DNA of 63,747 nt, filler included, from Octopus bimaculoides (lineage: Eukaryota): the NCBI RefSeq assembly GCF_001194135.2. It is 5 parts of 5 records of this genome, joined end to end, with 100 filler letters (N's around TTAATTAATTAA, not from the genome) between each part and the next. Parts side by side here need not be neighbours in the genome. Positions count along the whole stretch, not along the records: positions 62,572 to 63,747 come from NC_068982.1; 4 more parts are not named here. One strand, written 5' to 3'. Below are positions 63,516 to 63,747 of the stretch, piece by piece. The notes below the pieces were generated by a model. The model did no database searches. It saw nothing but the letters and a program-made list of their open reading frames with translations, and was not told where the DNA came from. The first letter of the stretch is position 1, and each line of letters starts with the position of its first letter. The position numbers were made by a program, and so were the translations under genes.

Positions 63516-63747
63516 AACACATTTCAGCATCTCTTCATTCTGAAGATGAGATCATGAAGCTCTAGAAAGGAATTGAAAGGAAATTCTATGAAAATATGAA
63601 AACGAACTTGATAAAAAAATATGTGCCACATAAAAAGCACCCATGCAGGTGTCACGTAAAAAGCAAACATGCTGCTGCCATGTTAGACCTACCCATGATG
63701 GAGTCACATAAAAAGTACCTATAGAAATTATAGTCAGCCCTGATTTT

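Noticed and set aside
63535-63580. CTGAAGATGAG..CTCTAGAAAGG hammerhead-like
   Set aside because: Only a 3-bp helix II and no NUH or helix I.

Overview
AT-rich, microsatellite-dense animal genomic DNA from a gappy draft scaffold. The SINE/LINE repertoire resembles octopus, probably an Octopus bimaculoides-type assembly (inference). One real host gene is visible. It is a minus-strand TMEM221/Jiraiya-like membrane-protein gene with three phase-compatible coding exons (32680-32951, 4978-5238, 2230-2315), and it continues past the left edge. Almost everything else is transposon-derived: four tRNA-head SINE families, RTE, CR1 and R2/Hero LINE remnants, Chapaev3 and Tc1/mariner fragments, and hAT and MULE-like MITEs. 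There is also an internally deleted Helitron (~49649-56149) that fuses STPR-like 23-aa repeats to a PIF1 helicase, plus Penelope-like (PLE) fragments. The most interesting signal is a set of minimal type-I hammerhead-ribozyme motifs from about four or five sequence families. One sits in an inverted, B-box-containing unit fused to a PLE ORF, suggesting a Penelope/retrozyme-like system. Most long ORFs in the supplied track are artefacts of N gaps and simple repeats. No rRNA, intact tRNA or CRISPR array is supported.
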